Shown one piece after another: positions 10,020 through 20,662 of a stretch of DNA of 64,000 nt. This stretch comes from Methanomassiliicoccales archaeon (lineage in GTDB: Archaea > Thermoplasmatota > Thermoplasmata > Methanomassiliicoccales > UBA472): the NCBI GenBank assembly GCA_026394375.1, contig JAPKYJ010000015.1, forward strand, positions 15,265-79,264, in the 5' to 3' direction. The notes under the pieces are model-generated. The model was not told where the DNA came from, ran no database searches, and saw nothing but the letters and a program-made list of their open reading frames with translations. Both the position numbers and the translations under genes were made by a program. Position 1 is the first letter of the stretch. The number at the start of each line of letters is the position of its first letter.

Positions 10020-12218
10020 CTAGCGGTACATGCCCATTTCATCTTTGCCGACTCGGGCCTTCTCCAGCGCCTTGCCGATGCTCTCGTACTGCTTCATGAT
10101 GTTCTTGTCCACCGAGGGCGTGATGATCTTGAGCGCGGCCTCGAAGTGCCTCATCTCCACTATGTCCGCGTCCCGATTCTCGCGCAGCGCGATCATGGCC
10201 GCCTCCCGGCACAGATTCTCCAGGTCCGCGCCCACGAAGCCATCCGTCTTGGCCGCCAGCTCCTTCAGCTCCACATTGCGAATGGGCATGGCCTTGGTGT
10301 GCACGCTCAAGATGCTGAGCCTCGCCCCCTCGTCCGGCACGGGGATGAGCACCAGGCGGTCGAAGCGGCCTGGCCGAAGAAGCGCCGGGTCGACAAGGTC
10401 CGGTCGGTTCGTGGCGGCGATGACCGTCACCTTCCCCAACGATTCCAGACCATCCATGGATGTGAGCAACTGGTTCACCACCCGCTCGGTCACGCTGGAG
10501 TCCGAGCCTCCTCCCCTGCGGGGGGCGATGGCGTCGATCTCGTCCAGGAAGACGATGGCCGGAGCGACCTGTTTGGCTTTCTTGAACGCCTGCCTTACCG
10601 CCTTCTCAGATTCACCCACCCACTTGCTCATTATCTCCGGACCCTTGATGGAAATGAAGTTGGCCTTGGATTCGGTGGCTACGGCCTTGGCGAGCAGGGT
10701 CTTGCCCGTGCCCGGAGGACCATAGAGAAGTATTCCCCTGGCCGGCCGGATGCCCATGCGCTTGAAAGCGGCCGAGTTCTCCAAAGGCATCTCAATCATC
10801 TCCCGCAGTTGGCGCTTGACGTCTTCCAGACCGCCAACATCGTCCCAGGCGACCTTTGGTATCTCCACCAGCACCTCGCGCATGGCGCTCGGCTCCAGCT
10901 CTCTCAGGGCATCGGAGAAGTCGCTCGCCGTCACCCTGACCCGCTCAAGTATCTCCCCTGGTATGGGCTTACCCAGATCAAACTCTGGGACATATCGAGA
11001 AAGGCACTTCATGGCCGATTCCCGCGCCAGGGCCATGAGGTCCGCGCCCACGAATCCGTGAGTAACAGAAGCCAGCTCGTCCAGGGACACATCCTCGGCC
11101 AGGGGCATGCCGCGGGTGTGTATTTCCAGGATCTCCTTCCTCCCTTCCCTGCTCGGCACACCTATCTCGATCTCCCTATCGAAGCGCCCTGGCCTTCGCA
11201 GCGCCGGGTCGATGGCCTCATCCCGGTTCGTCGCCCCGATGACGATGACCTGCCCTCTCCCCACCATGCCGTCCATGAGGGTGAGCAGTTGGGCCACCAC
11301 TCGGCGCTCCACCTCCCCGTGCACGTCCTCCCTCTTGGGCGCGATAGAATCGATCTCATCGATGAAGATGATGGAAGGCGCATTCTTCTCCGCTTCCTCG
11401 AACTTCTCTCTCAGCTTCTCCTCGCTCTGGCCATAGTACTTGGAGATGATCTCCGGCCCCTGGATGGAGAAGAACTGCGCTCCCGCTTCGTTGGCCACCG
11501 CCTTCGCGATGAGCGTCTTGCCCGTTCCCGGAGGTCCGTACAACAGCACTCCCTTGGGCGGGTCGATGCCTAATCGGTCGAACAGCTCCGGATGCTTGAG
11601 AGGCAGCTCGATCATCTCCCGCACCCGCTGTAACTGCTCTTCCAGACCGCCGACGTCGTCGTATGTGACCGAGGGCGAGACGGCCTCCTTGGCCTCCATG
11701 GCCTCGGTCTTGACGTTGAGCTCTGTCTGCTCTCCGACCAGCACCACGCCGTTCGGCTGGGTGCTGATGACCACGAAGGGCAGGAAGCCGCCCATGAGCG
11801 CGATGTTGGGGATGAAGAACTCGTCCCCCTTGACCAACGGTCGATTGGTCAGGCCTTTCTTGAACAGTTCCTCCACCCCCGCTCCGAAGCGCAGGTGCTT
11901 GCCTTGCGGTATCTTCGGCGCGACCACGATCTTCATTGCTGGCTGAGGATCTGCCTTTGTCACCGAGACCTTCTCACCGATGCTAACGCCCGCGTTGGAG
12001 CGGATCATGCCGTCGATGCGGATGATGCTCTTGCTCTCATCCTCCTGCGCCGCGCGGAAGACCTTGGCCGCCGTGGAGCGCTTGCCGACGATCTCGATGA
12101 CGTCGCCGACCTCCACGCTCAGTTCCTTGCGCGTCTTGGCGTCGATGCGCGCTCTGCCAAATCCGACCTCGGACTGGTGCTGGGCCCGGGCGACCCTAAG
12201 GGTGATTGTCTCCATCAT
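10020..12218 (-). CDS. cdc48: CDC48/VCP-type AAA+ ATPase (two AAA domains)
   Basis: It has two Walker A motifs (GPPGTGKTL), two Walker B motifs ([18 protein letters not shown]) and an N-terminal double-psi-barrel-like region ([22 protein letters not shown]). Confidence 0.95.
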   Translation of the reverse strand: MMETITLRVARAQHQSEVGFGRARIDAKTRKELSVEVGDVIEIVGKRSTAAKVFRAAQEDESKSIIRIDGMIRSNAGVSIGEKVSVTKADPQPAMKIVVAPKIPQGKHLRFGAGVEELFKKGLTNRPLVKGDEFFIPNIALMGGFLPFVVISTQPNGVVLVGEQTELNVKTEAMEAKEAVSPSVTYDDVGGLEEQLQRVREMIELPLKHPELFDRLGIDPPKGVLLYGPPGTGKTLIAKAVANEAGAQFFSIQGPEIISKYYGQSEEKLREKFEEAEKNAPSIIFIDEIDSIAPKREDVHGEVERRVVAQLLTLMDGMVGRGQVIVIGATNRDEAIDPALRRPGRFDREIEIGVPSREGRKEILEIHTRGMPLAEDVSLDELASVTHGFVGADLMALARESAMKCLSRYVPEFDLGKPIPGEILERVRVTASDFSDALRELEPSAMREVLVEIPKVAWDDVGGLEDVKRQLREMIEMPLENSAAFKRMGIRPARGILLYGPPGTGKTLLAKAVATESKANFISIKGPEIMSKWVGESEKAVRQAFKKAKQVAPAIVFLDEIDAIAPRRGGGSDSSVTERVVNQLLTSMDGLESLGKVTVIAATNRPDLVDPALLRPGRFDRLVLIPVPDEGARLSILSVHTKAMPIRNVELKELAAKTDGFVGADLENLCREAAMIALRENRDADIVEMRHFEAALKIITPSVDKNIMKQYESIGKALEKARVGKDEMGMYR

Positions 12219-12317
12219 TCCTTTCCCGTCGGGAAAAACGACTGGAGGGGAGATAAAGCTTCTTAGAGGCCAGGAAGAAGGGAAATGTTATTGTGACCCG
12301 GGACCGTACGGCAAGGC

Positions 12318-13184
12318 ATGCGCTTTGCGCCGGAGTGCGTGCCCTGCTTGTTGAACCGCGTGTTGTACGAGGTGCAACTGGTCGCCCCTGACAGAGGGGA
12401 GGAGGCCATGATCGCTTCCCTGGCCATACTTGACATGTACTACAAGAGGGGAATGAACTCCGCTGCCTTGGCGACGCATGTGCATCGTGCCGCCTACGAC
12501 ATCGCAGGTTCAAAGGATCCATACGAAGAGCTTAAGCGACGTAGCGACGAGACCGCGGAGAAGGTCTATCCAAGAGCATTGAAGCTGATCGAAAAGGCGG
12601 AGGATCGGCTGGAGGCTGCGACCGTCTGTGCCATCGCCGGCAACGTGCTGGACTTCGGCATCGAGGTTGGTATCGAGACCCCGGAACAGCTGGAGCGAAG
12701 CTTCCAGACGCTAGTGGCCGAAGGCCTGGCGGTGAACGATCTCGCCCAGGTAAGGGAGTTGCTGCGACGCTCCAAGAAGGTGCTCTACCTTCTGGACAAC
12801 TGCGGAGAATCGGTTTTCGACCGCCTGCTGGTGCGGGAGATCAAGCGCTTCGGCGTGCGCGTCATAGGGGTGGTAAAGGGCGAACCGATCCTTACCGACG
12901 TCACGATGGAGGACGCGAAGAGAGCGCACCTGGACCGGGAATTCGACGAGATCCTGTCCACCGGGCAGTTCGCCGTCGGACTGGACATCGATCGGGTGGG
13001 GGACAGGCTGGCGGAAGAGCTTCGTTCCGCCGACCTGATCATCGCCAAGGGCATGGCCAACTTCGAGGCGCTCTCCGACGAGGAACTGGGCCCGATCCTC
13101 TACCTCATGAAGGCCAAGTGCTCACCGGTCGCCCGGGCCATAGGCGCCAAGCGCAACGACAACGTGGCTCGCCTCGCGCTTTGA
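12318..13184 (+). CDS. DUF89 / ARMT1-like damage-control phosphatase family protein
   Basis: MRFAPECVPCLLNRVLYEV... has the N-terminal CxxC and ...LDNCGESVFD...AKGMANFE resembles DUF89 signatures. Confidence 0.7.
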   Translation: MRFAPECVPCLLNRVLYEVQLVAPDRGEEAMIASLAILDMYYKRGMNSAALATHVHRAAYDIAGSKDPYEELKRRSDETAEKVYPRALKLIEKAEDRLEAATVCAIAGNVLDFGIEVGIETPEQLERSFQTLVAEGLAVNDLAQVRELLRRSKKVLYLLDNCGESVFDRLLVREIKRFGVRVIGVVKGEPILTDVTMEDAKRAHLDREFDEILSTGQFAVGLDIDRVGDRLAEELRSADLIIAKGMANFEALSDEELGPILYLMKAKCSPVARAIGAKRNDNVARLAL

Positions 13185-13242
13185 GCTCCGCACCTCACAC
13201 TTTAAATACGAACGCCAGGATTCGTCGCTAGGGTTTCTCGCT

Positions 13243-14322
13243 ATGATCCACGGCGTGGGACAAGCGGTGGTGCTGGTGGGCGGAGAGGGGACGAGGCTCC
13301 GTCCCTTGACCAACCGGCGCCCCAAGCCTCTGCTGCCGGTCCTCGGGCGACCGTGCGTCGAGTATTCGTTGCGCTCGCTTTCCTCTGCTGGTATCGGCCG
13401 TGTCTTCCTTGCTTGTAGCTACCATTCTGATGCGGTCTTGAACGCCCTCGGTGACGGCAGCGAAATGGGCTTGAACATGACCTACGCCTTCGAAGAGCAA
13501 CCCATGGGCACGGCGGGAGCGGTCAAGCTGCTGGAGAAGAGGCTCGACCGCACCTTCGTCGTGGTCATGGGCGACACCTTGATGGACATCGATCTGGAGG
13601 CGGTCATCCGATCGCATCATGAGAACGGAGCAATGGTGACCATTGCCTTGACGGAAGTGGACAGGCCGACGGAGTTCGGCATCGTCGGTCTGGACGAGAA
13701 CGATCGCATAGTCCGCTTCAAAGAGAAGCCACATCCCAACGAGGTGTTCTCCAATCTCATCAATGCCGGCGTGTACGTCATCGAGAGGGATGCGTTCTCC
13801 CACGTTCCAGACGGCACGAAGTTCGATTTCTCCAAGAACCTCTTCCCCAGACTGCTGGAGGCGGGGCATCCCTTATTCGGCTCCAGGTTGAAGGGCATGT
13901 GGAAGGACATCGGACGACCTCAGGATCTTCTAGAGGCGAACATAAGTATGGCGGAGAGACGAGGCGTGGATATGACCATCGAAGGCGCGGATGTGCGAGG
14001 AAAGGTCGTCGCCTCGGAGCTGCGAGCGAAAGGCGCAAAGATACGAGGCCCCGCCTTCTTTGGGAAAGGAGTGGTGCTCGGCAACGGTTCGTGGCTCACC
14101 GAATGCGCTATCGGCGAGAGCACGCAGGTGGGAGAACGGGCGCATATAGAACGGTCCTTGGTCCTCTCGAAGGCGTTCATCGGTCCCGGAGCGAAGCTCG
14201 AGGGCTGCGTGGTCGGCGATGCCTGTGTGGTCGGTGAAGGAGCGGTGCTGAGCGACTGCATCCTGGGGGACGAGGTCAGGGTGCGGCCCGGAGAGAGCCT
14301 GAAAGGCATCACGCTGGAGTGA
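13243..14322 (+). CDS. Sugar-1-phosphate nucleotidyltransferase with a C-terminal left-handed beta-helix (candidate heptose-1-P guanylyltransferase)
   Basis: It has the N-terminal LVGGEGTRLRPLTNRRPKPLLPV pyrophosphorylase motif. The C-terminus carries hexapeptide-like repeats (GxxVxIG type). Confidence 0.8.
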   Translation: MIHGVGQAVVLVGGEGTRLRPLTNRRPKPLLPVLGRPCVEYSLRSLSSAGIGRVFLACSYHSDAVLNALGDGSEMGLNMTYAFEEQPMGTAGAVKLLEKRLDRTFVVVMGDTLMDIDLEAVIRSHHENGAMVTIALTEVDRPTEFGIVGLDENDRIVRFKEKPHPNEVFSNLINAGVYVIERDAFSHVPDGTKFDFSKNLFPRLLEAGHPLFGSRLKGMWKDIGRPQDLLEANISMAERRGVDMTIEGADVRGKVVASELRAKGAKIRGPAFFGKGVVLGNGSWLTECAIGESTQVGERAHIERSLVLSKAFIGPGAKLEGCVVGDACVVGEGAVLSDCILGDEVRVRPGESLKGITLE

Positions 14323-14367
14323 GCGGTCCACCGTTCCCTAGAAATACTCCCTCGGTAATCGGCGGGC

Positions 14368-15267
14368 ATGAGGTTCAAGGTCGACGTGTATGAGCAGCTG
14401 CTCATACTGTCCAGCATCTTGTGGGGCACGTCCTTCGTGGCCTCCAAGATCGGCGTGGGCCACGTCGACCCGTTCTACTTCGGCATGATGCGGTGGGTCA
14501 TCGGGGCGGAGCTGCTTTTGCTCATAGCCTTCCTCACCAAGAAGTTCAGACCGGAGATCTTCCGCAACAAGCTGATCTGGGGGATCGGACTGATTAATGC
14601 CGTGGGCCTCACACTGCAGAACGTGGGTATGACCCAGACCACCGCCACCAACACCGTGCTTCTGGTGGACATCAACGTGGTCTTTGTGGTCATCATCTCC
14701 TACTTCGTTCTGGCGGAGAAGATTACCCGGTACACCGTCTACGGCCTATTGTTTGGCCTAGTGGGTGTGGGGTTCGTCTCCACTGGAGGCGATCTGAGCC
14801 AGTTGACCCAAGGCAGTTTTGTCGGCAACATCCTGGTCTTTGGCGCAGGAGTGGTGTGGGCCTTCTACATCGTCTTCCAGAAGAAGTTGGTGGGGCCCAG
14901 GACCGAACCGCTGATGATTTCTGCCGCGGTCGTGACCTCCACGGCCATCTTCTCCATACCCATTGCTTTGTTGTTCACCACCAACTACGCGCTTGATCTG
15001 GCGGGCTCCGCCGTCATGGTGTACCTAGGTACTGTATGTACGGGGGGCGCCTGGCTCCTCTATATCATGGGGCTGAGAGGGAAAGGCGCGACCGAGTCCT
15101 CCATCATCCTACTGCTGGAGATCGTCTTCGCAATGGTGTTCGCTTACCTCGTTCTGAGCGAGATGCCAGGCTGGCCGACCGCCATTGGAGGCGTGTTCAT
15201 CGTGCTCTCAATCCTCTTCGTGAGCGCCAGGCCAAACGGCAACGAAAGAGAGAACAAAGGAGATTGA
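14368..15267 (+). CDS. EamA/DMT-superfamily transporter
   Basis: It has about 10 TM segments arranged as two EamA-like halves. Confidence 0.8.
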   Translation: MRFKVDVYEQLLILSSILWGTSFVASKIGVGHVDPFYFGMMRWVIGAELLLLIAFLTKKFRPEIFRNKLIWGIGLINAVGLTLQNVGMTQTTATNTVLLVDINVVFVVIISYFVLAEKITRYTVYGLLFGLVGVGFVSTGGDLSQLTQGSFVGNILVFGAGVVWAFYIVFQKKLVGPRTEPLMISAAVVTSTAIFSIPIALLFTTNYALDLAGSAVMVYLGTVCTGGAWLLYIMGLRGKGATESSIILLLEIVFAMVFAYLVLSEMPGWPTAIGGVFIVLSILFVSARPNGNERENKGD

Positions 15268-15269
15268 GG

Positions 15270-15650
15270 TCACTTCAGGAGGAGCTCCTGGGCTCGGTCC
15301 CTTTGGTCGACCCCTATAGCCACCTGGACCTCTGAGGTCTTGGGGCCTAGTATGAACAGACTCTCGATGTTGATCCCCGCCCGTGCAAGTCTCTTCGTCA
15401 ACTTCGCCAGCTCTCCAGGCTTGTCGGACATGGAGATCACCACGATGTCGCGCTCGACGAAGTCCATGCCGCTACTGGTCAGCACCCTTCGGGCGCTGGC
15501 CTCATCGTCCGTGATCACGCGGATGATGCCCGGGTTGCCGCCCAGGTCCGTTGATATCCCGCGGATGTTCACGGCGTTCTTGGCCAATACCTCAGCAAGC
15601 CGAGCGACTTCACCAGGCTTGTTCGTCACGCAGACCTCGAACTGCCTCAT
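15270..15650 (-). CDS. Tandem ACT-domain protein
   Basis: It has two ACT-like units (FEVCVTNKPGEVARLAEVLAKNAVNI and VVISMSDKPGELAKLTKRLARAGINI). The ATG at 15650 is preferred over the TTG at 15662. Confidence 0.65.
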   Translation of the reverse strand: MRQFEVCVTNKPGEVARLAEVLAKNAVNIRGISTDLGGNPGIIRVITDDEASARRVLTSSGMDFVERDIVVISMSDKPGELAKLTKRLARAGINIESLFILGPKTSEVQVAIGVDQRDRAQELLLK

Positions 15651-15742
15651 GCATTCCCCCAATCACATTGGCGGCGCTTAGTAGAAATATGTTGCGACTA
15701 GTGAGCAATGAGGCCGGAATGATTGCGAATTTCGAATAGCGA

Positions 15743-16591
15743 CTACGGTTTTGCTGGCGAATTGCCCATCATCAATGCGACTGCGAATATCGCCACCAAG
15801 ATAAGCAGACCGAGCACGCGCCCCGCCCGGTTGATGAAGAAGAACTCGAAGGAGAAGCTCGCCAGCTTTCCGAAGGCACCGCACTGCCTCATCACCGAGA
15901 GTACGATGTCAGAGCTGAGTTTGGAGTGGCCGCTGGCCCTGTCCCCGAAGGTGAAGCCGACCTCGCGCACATCCGTACCCCGAGGGCAGGACTTGAGGAT
16001 GTCGAAGAGCACCTTGAAGCCCTTCTTTTCGAACCTCATACCCTTGCGCTGGATGACCTCGCGTACCATTTCGGTGCGACCGCCGAAGAACCCGCTCATG
16101 AGGTCTGCTGATCGAGGTCGTCTCCTGAACCATAGGTAAGTAGAGGCTAGCTTGTGCGCCCCCCAGGACGCCACCTTGCGGGAGAAGTGCAGCGGGCCCA
16201 TGCCATGTCGCACGCCGACTACCAGATTGGCACCCTGCCTCATTTCCCAGTAGAGGTTCTCCACAGAAGCGGGAGGGTGCTGGAAGTCGGCATCCATGAC
16301 AACGAAGAACTCCGTCTCCACGCTAGCGATGCCCTCCATGACCGAGGCGGTCAATCCCTTCTTGGAGATGTCCCGCTCTATCAGGCGGAGCCCTGGATAA
16401 GACGCCATCATCTCTGAAACGGCCGCACCGGTCCCATCTTGTGACGAATCGTCCACCACTACGACATGGGCCCCGGGACAAATGCGGAAGACCTCAGGTA
16501 CCATGCGCTGGATGTTCTCCACTTCGTTGTAAGTGGGCAGAACTACCGTTAGGTCGGCGAACCCCTCCCTCGCCTTCTGAACCATTCCCAT
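15743..16591 (-). CDS. Family-2 glycosyltransferase, dolichyl-phosphate mannose/glucose synthase-like, with C-terminal TM helices
   Basis: It has VVLPTYNEVENI...VVVVDDSSQDGT...FFVVMDADFQHPP (DxD). The internal ATG start was chosen because the upstream part of the track ORF is low complexity. Confidence 0.8.
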   Translation of the reverse strand: MGMVQKAREGFADLTVVLPTYNEVENIQRMVPEVFRICPGAHVVVVDDSSQDGTGAAVSEMMASYPGLRLIERDISKKGLTASVMEGIASVETEFFVVMDADFQHPPASVENLYWEMRQGANLVVGVRHGMGPLHFSRKVASWGAHKLASTYLWFRRRPRSADLMSGFFGGRTEMVREVIQRKGMRFEKKGFKVLFDILKSCPRGTDVREVGFTFGDRASGHSKLSSDIVLSVMRQCGAFGKLASFSFEFFFINRAGRVLGLLILVAIFAVALMMGNSPAKP

Positions 16592-16755
16592 TCCCAACAA
16601 AAAAGCCCGTGTTAGTATATATCCCTTGTGGGATGGGACGGGCGCCTGCGAGGCGCGGGACGCCATCCGACCGTCTCTCAAACGAGCGCCCGGTGTATAT
16701 GTCCTCGGCCATAGCACCTTAAAATATCGCCGGGGGATATGCACAGGGTTCGAGC

Positions 16756-17637
16756 ATGCCTTCGGTGTCGTTGGGCGTGTGCGCGTACAACGAAGAAAGG
16801 AACGTGCGCGCCTGCCTGGAGTCGATCTCTTCGCAAGCGCTTCAGGGCTTTGAGCTCGTCGAGGTGCTGGTGATCTCCAGCGGCAGCACCGACCGCACCA
16901 ACCAGTACGTGATGGAATACGAAGCGGTAGATGCCAAGGCGAAGCTGCACGTGCAGGAAGAGAGGAAGGGTAAGAACTCCGCCATCAACCTCTTCCTGCG
17001 ACTGGCGAAGGCCGACATCCTGGTCCTGGCGAACGCCGATAACCGTCTTGAGCCCGGAGCTTTGCAGGCACTTCTCGAACCATTCCTCGACAAAAGCGTC
17101 GGCATGACCGGCGGCCACCCCGTCCCCGTCAATCCAAAGGACAAGTTCACCGGTTTCGCGGTGCACATGCTCTGGGACATGCATCACCGGGTGGCGCTCA
17201 TCCATCCCAAGGTGGGGGAGCTGGTGGCCTTCCGCGATCCAGGCATCGAACTGCCCGAAGGAACGCAATCCGACGAGGACATCATCCGCATGGAGCTGGA
17301 GAAGCGCGGTCTGCGCACGATCTACGTCCCAGAGGCGATCGTGCACAATCGTGGCCCGGGCGACATCCGAGACTTCCTCAAACAGAGGACGCGCGTCAAC
17401 ATCGGAGAGAGGTATATGCGCAAGTGGTTCGGCTACGAGCTCTCCACCTGGGACGTAGGAACGCTCCTACGTGCCTACACCACCTTCGCCAATGAGAACA
17501 AGCACCCTCTACGCATCTTCCTGGCGGTGATCATCGAACTGGGCGCTCGGGTCTACGCCACGGTGCACGTGACCTTCGACAAGGGCGACAAGCCGGTCTG
17601 GAGCCAGGTGCGCTCCACTAAGGACCTGGACCGCTAG
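16756..17637 (+). CDS. Family-2 glycosyltransferase
   Basis: It has SLGVCAYNEERNV...VLVISSGSTDRT...VLANADN, a GT-A fold with a DxD-like motif. Confidence 0.75.
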   Translation: MPSVSLGVCAYNEERNVRACLESISSQALQGFELVEVLVISSGSTDRTNQYVMEYEAVDAKAKLHVQEERKGKNSAINLFLRLAKADILVLANADNRLEPGALQALLEPFLDKSVGMTGGHPVPVNPKDKFTGFAVHMLWDMHHRVALIHPKVGELVAFRDPGIELPEGTQSDEDIIRMELEKRGLRTIYVPEAIVHNRGPGDIRDFLKQRTRVNIGERYMRKWFGYELSTWDVGTLLRAYTTFANENKHPLRIFLAVIIELGARVYATVHVTFDKGDKPVWSQVRSTKDLDR

Positions 17638-17638
17638 C

Positions 17639-18685
17639 TCAGATCTTCTTCTTGCTCTCCTTCAGTATGCGGTCCACGGCCTGGGAAAGGGTGAACGACT
17701 CGCTGACCCGGATCGGCTTCGCTCCGATCCTCCTGCCGAGGTCCAGGTCGTGCTCGCTGTCCCCCACGACGTAGGAGGAGGAGAGGTCGATCGGGAAATC
17801 CTCCAACGCCTGCATCACCATGCCCACCTCCGGCTTGCGGCAACGGCATCCCGCCTCCGGAAGATGCGGACAGTAGTAGATGCCGTCGACCTTGGCCCCG
17901 CTCTTCGCCAGGTCCTTCTTCATCTTCTCGTGGATATCAGATAGCATTGCTTCGTCAAAGTAGCCCCGCGCCACCCCGGACTGGTTTGTGACCACGATGA
18001 CCAGGAACCCAGCGTCATTCAGCCTCTTGATCGCCTTTCCCGCGCCAGGAACGAGCATAAGGTCCTTTGGCTCGGGACAGTAGGGCACGTCCTTGGCTAT
18101 AGTATCGTCCCTGTCGATGAAGACCGCCCGGCGGCCGAAGAGCGCGCGCTCGACCATGCCGCAGACCACGTGTGCGGCGGCCATGTAGCCTTCCTGTATG
18201 TGAGAGGTCTTCTTGGAAGGGATGGTGAGGGCGACATCCACCACATCCTTCAGCTTGCCTGTTGGTCCGGAGAACCCCACAGTCCTCGCCCCCAGCTCCT
18301 TGGCCTTGGCCACCGCCCGCAGAACGTTCTTCGAGTTGCCGGAGGTGGATATGGCCACCACCGCATCTCCTTCCCGGATGCTTCCTTCCACTTGGCGCTC
18401 GAACACGCATTCGTAGGAGTAGTCGTTCCCGATGGCAGTGATGGAAGAGAGGTTGGTCAGCGCCACTGCGTTCAGCGGCGCCCTATCGAACATGTACTTA
18501 CCAGAGAACTCGGCGGCGATGTGCTGCGCGTCCGCCGCGCTGCCGCCATTGCCAAAGAGCACCACCTTGTGCTTGGAGCGGAATACAAGGGTGAGCACGT
18601 CCGCCACGCGCAACACCTGCTCCGGGTCTATGCTCCCCGTCACGGAGGCGCTCTCCTCTAGCTCTCGGTCCACGAGCGATCTCAT
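17639..18685 (-). CDS. Fused sedoheptulose-7-phosphate isomerase (GmhA, SIS domain) / D,D-heptose-1,7-bisphosphate phosphatase (GmhB, HAD)
   Basis: The N-terminal half is a SIS domain (VLFGNGGSAADAQHIAAEF...ISTSGNSKNV). The C-terminal half has GmhB signatures: FIDRDDTI, VTNQSGVARGYF and CPHLPEAGCRCRKP. Confidence 0.8.
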   Translation of the reverse strand: MRSLVDRELEESASVTGSIDPEQVLRVADVLTLVFRSKHKVVLFGNGGSAADAQHIAAEFSGKYMFDRAPLNAVALTNLSSITAIGNDYSYECVFERQVEGSIREGDAVVAISTSGNSKNVLRAVAKAKELGARTVGFSGPTGKLKDVVDVALTIPSKKTSHIQEGYMAAAHVVCGMVERALFGRRAVFIDRDDTIAKDVPYCPEPKDLMLVPGAGKAIKRLNDAGFLVIVVTNQSGVARGYFDEAMLSDIHEKMKKDLAKSGAKVDGIYYCPHLPEAGCRCRKPEVGMVMQALEDFPIDLSSSYVVGDSEHDLDLGRRIGAKPIRVSESFTLSQAVDRILKESKKKI

Positions 18686-19704
18686 GCCCTGTATCTCCAG
18701 GTCTGCAATCCGTGCTTGTCGAAGTTGAAGTTTACGGCCTCTACGCCCAGCTTCTGTAGCTCCTCTGCCACCCGATGCTTGCGATCGTACTCACAGATGA
18801 AGAACATGAACCCACCGCCCCCGGCGCCGGAGATCTTCCCGCCAATGGCTCCGTTGGCCCTCGCCGTCTCGTAGATATTGTCGATGCGGGAGTTGGTGAT
18901 GTGCGAAGTGAAGCGCTTCTTCTGCTCCCAGGACTCGTGCAGGAGTTGTCCGATGCGGAGGATCTCACCTTTCATGAGCGCGTCCTTGGTCTCGAAGACC
19001 AAGCTCTTGGCGCTATCCAAGGCCTCCCGGTTCTGCCCGCTCCTGTATGCCTTCTGTTGGTCCTGGATGATGTTCGCCGAATCTCTGGTCTTCCCGGTGT
19101 AGCAGAGAAGCATGTGATAGTGCAGCTCGTTCAGCACTTCGGTCCTGATGCGCAATGGGGTAACGATGGTCTCGGAGCCCCGGAACTCCATGAAGTTGAA
19201 GCCGCCGAAGACGGCCGAATACTGGTCCTGCTTGCCTCCCGCGAAGCCGAGCTCCTCACGCTCCAGCACGTAGGCCAGGCGGGCGGTCTCGTATTGGGAC
19301 AGAGGCTTTTTCAACCACTCCGACACCGCCCCGATGATGGAGACCATGACGGTGCTGGAACCGCCAAGTCCCGAGCCAGGGGGAGCATCGCAATGTAGGA
19401 GCATATCGAAGCCTTCGGCCACCTCGAAGTGGTTGAGCACCGCCTTGATCAGATCAAGGTTGCCGTCGTAGCGCAACATGCTCCCGTTGGCGGGCCAGTT
19501 CTCGTCCTGGGCGAAATCCAGGGAACGGATCCTCATCTCCCGGTCCGCGCGAGGACATATGGTGCAATAGGCGTAACGGTCGATGGTCGAGGACAGCACC
19601 GCTCCGCCGCGCTCATCGGAATAGGGCGGGACGTCGGTTCCGCCTCCGGCGAAGCTGATGCGCAACGGGGCCTTGCTCCTGATGACGATCTTGGCCTCGC
19701 TCAT
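18682..19704 (-). CDS. GHMP-family sugar kinase (D-glycero-D-manno-heptose-7-phosphate kinase, HddA-like)
   Basis: It has SKAPLRISFAGGGTD, PPGSGLGGSS and GGKISGAGGGGF, which are GHMP motifs. Its stop overlaps the start of the GmhA/B fusion (ATGA). The ATG at 19704 was chosen as the start. Confidence 0.8.
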   Translation of the reverse strand: MSEAKIVIRSKAPLRISFAGGGTDVPPYSDERGGAVLSSTIDRYAYCTICPRADREMRIRSLDFAQDENWPANGSMLRYDGNLDLIKAVLNHFEVAEGFDMLLHCDAPPGSGLGGSSTVMVSIIGAVSEWLKKPLSQYETARLAYVLEREELGFAGGKQDQYSAVFGGFNFMEFRGSETIVTPLRIRTEVLNELHYHMLLCYTGKTRDSANIIQDQQKAYRSGQNREALDSAKSLVFETKDALMKGEILRIGQLLHESWEQKKRFTSHITNSRIDNIYETARANGAIGGKISGAGGGGFMFFICEYDRKHRVAEELQKLGVEAVNFNFDKHGLQTWRYRA

Positions 19705-19831
19705 CACGCCACGTATCCCTTCCCACGTATATACAAACCGTTGTGAGATCGGAATCATTCCAGCTCGTGTCGGGCTGGCCAGGAGCGTCCGGCATAAGTA
19801 TTTGATTCCCGGGCGTCATGAGGACGGACGC

Positions 19832-20662
19832 ATGCCTAAAGCCCTCTCCAACGAGGACAAGGGGCCGTTGGTCTCGGTCATCATCCCCACTCTCAATGAG
19901 GAGTCCTCCTTGCCATTATCGCTGCAGGCGGTTGCGGAGCAGACCTACGAAGACCTGGAGGTCCTGGTGGTCGATTCTGGATCCAGGGACCGCACGCAAG
20001 AGATCGCCCGTCAGCATGGAGCCTCCGTGGTCCCCTATCCAGGCAGGCTCATGGGCGCTCGCCGACGGGGGTTTCAAGAGAGCAAAGGCACCCTCATTCT
20101 TTTCCTGGACGGGGATCAAGTGCTCTATCCTGACACGGTCGCCCGGGCGGTGAAAGCCATGGCAGACAAGGACATGCTCATCTTGGAGGAGACGTCCTAC
20201 CGACCGAAGGGATGGCTGCAGCGATCGCTGTGCAGGCAGAAGGCGGCCATGCATGCCGCCGCCGATCCTATGACAGGAACGGGCCCCAACCTCTATCCGC
20301 GCTTCTTCAGGCGGGAGCTGCTTGCGCGGGCCTACGAAGGTCTGGACGAGGACAAGCCGTCCAAGGTCTTCGTCTACGAGGACGGATTGCTCTTCCGGCG
20401 CACGTACGCGATTTCGAAGCGCATCGGCCTCCTGTCTCAGGGCGTCATGCATATGGAGGAAGCGGGGTGGCTCGCGCTCATGCGTCATTCGTACAAGGCC
20501 GGCAAGAGCGCCCGGTCGGTGGACATGGGAGAGCTGGAGGGAGACATCGGGCGCAACGAGCCGACGATAAGGCAGCTGGTGAGGGCCATCAAAGGCAGGT
20601 ACGTCATGCTCTCGCTGGTCAAGGAGCTGTCCTTCAAGCTCGGCCATCTAGCCGGGCGCTAG
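19832..20662 (+). CDS. Family-2 glycosyltransferase
   Basis: It has VSVIIPTLNEESS...VLVVDSGSRDRT...LFLDGDQ. The internal ATG at 19832 was chosen. Confidence 0.75.
   Translation: MPKALSNEDKGPLVSVIIPTLNEESSLPLSLQAVAEQTYEDLEVLVVDSGSRDRTQEIARQHGASVVPYPGRLMGARRRGFQESKGTLILFLDGDQVLYPDTVARAVKAMADKDMLILEETSYRPKGWLQRSLCRQKAAMHAAADPMTGTGPNLYPRFFRRELLARAYEGLDEDKPSKVFVYEDGLLFRRTYAISKRIGLLSQGVMHMEEAGWLALMRHSYKAGKSARSVDMGELEGDIGRNEPTIRQLVRAIKGRYVMLSLVKELSFKLGHLAGR

Noticed and set aside
10146-11573. 475-aa ORF on the plus strand
   Set aside because: It is antisense to cdc48, which has unmistakable double AAA+ motifs. It shows no motifs of its own and has skewed Arg/His/Gly/Leu composition.
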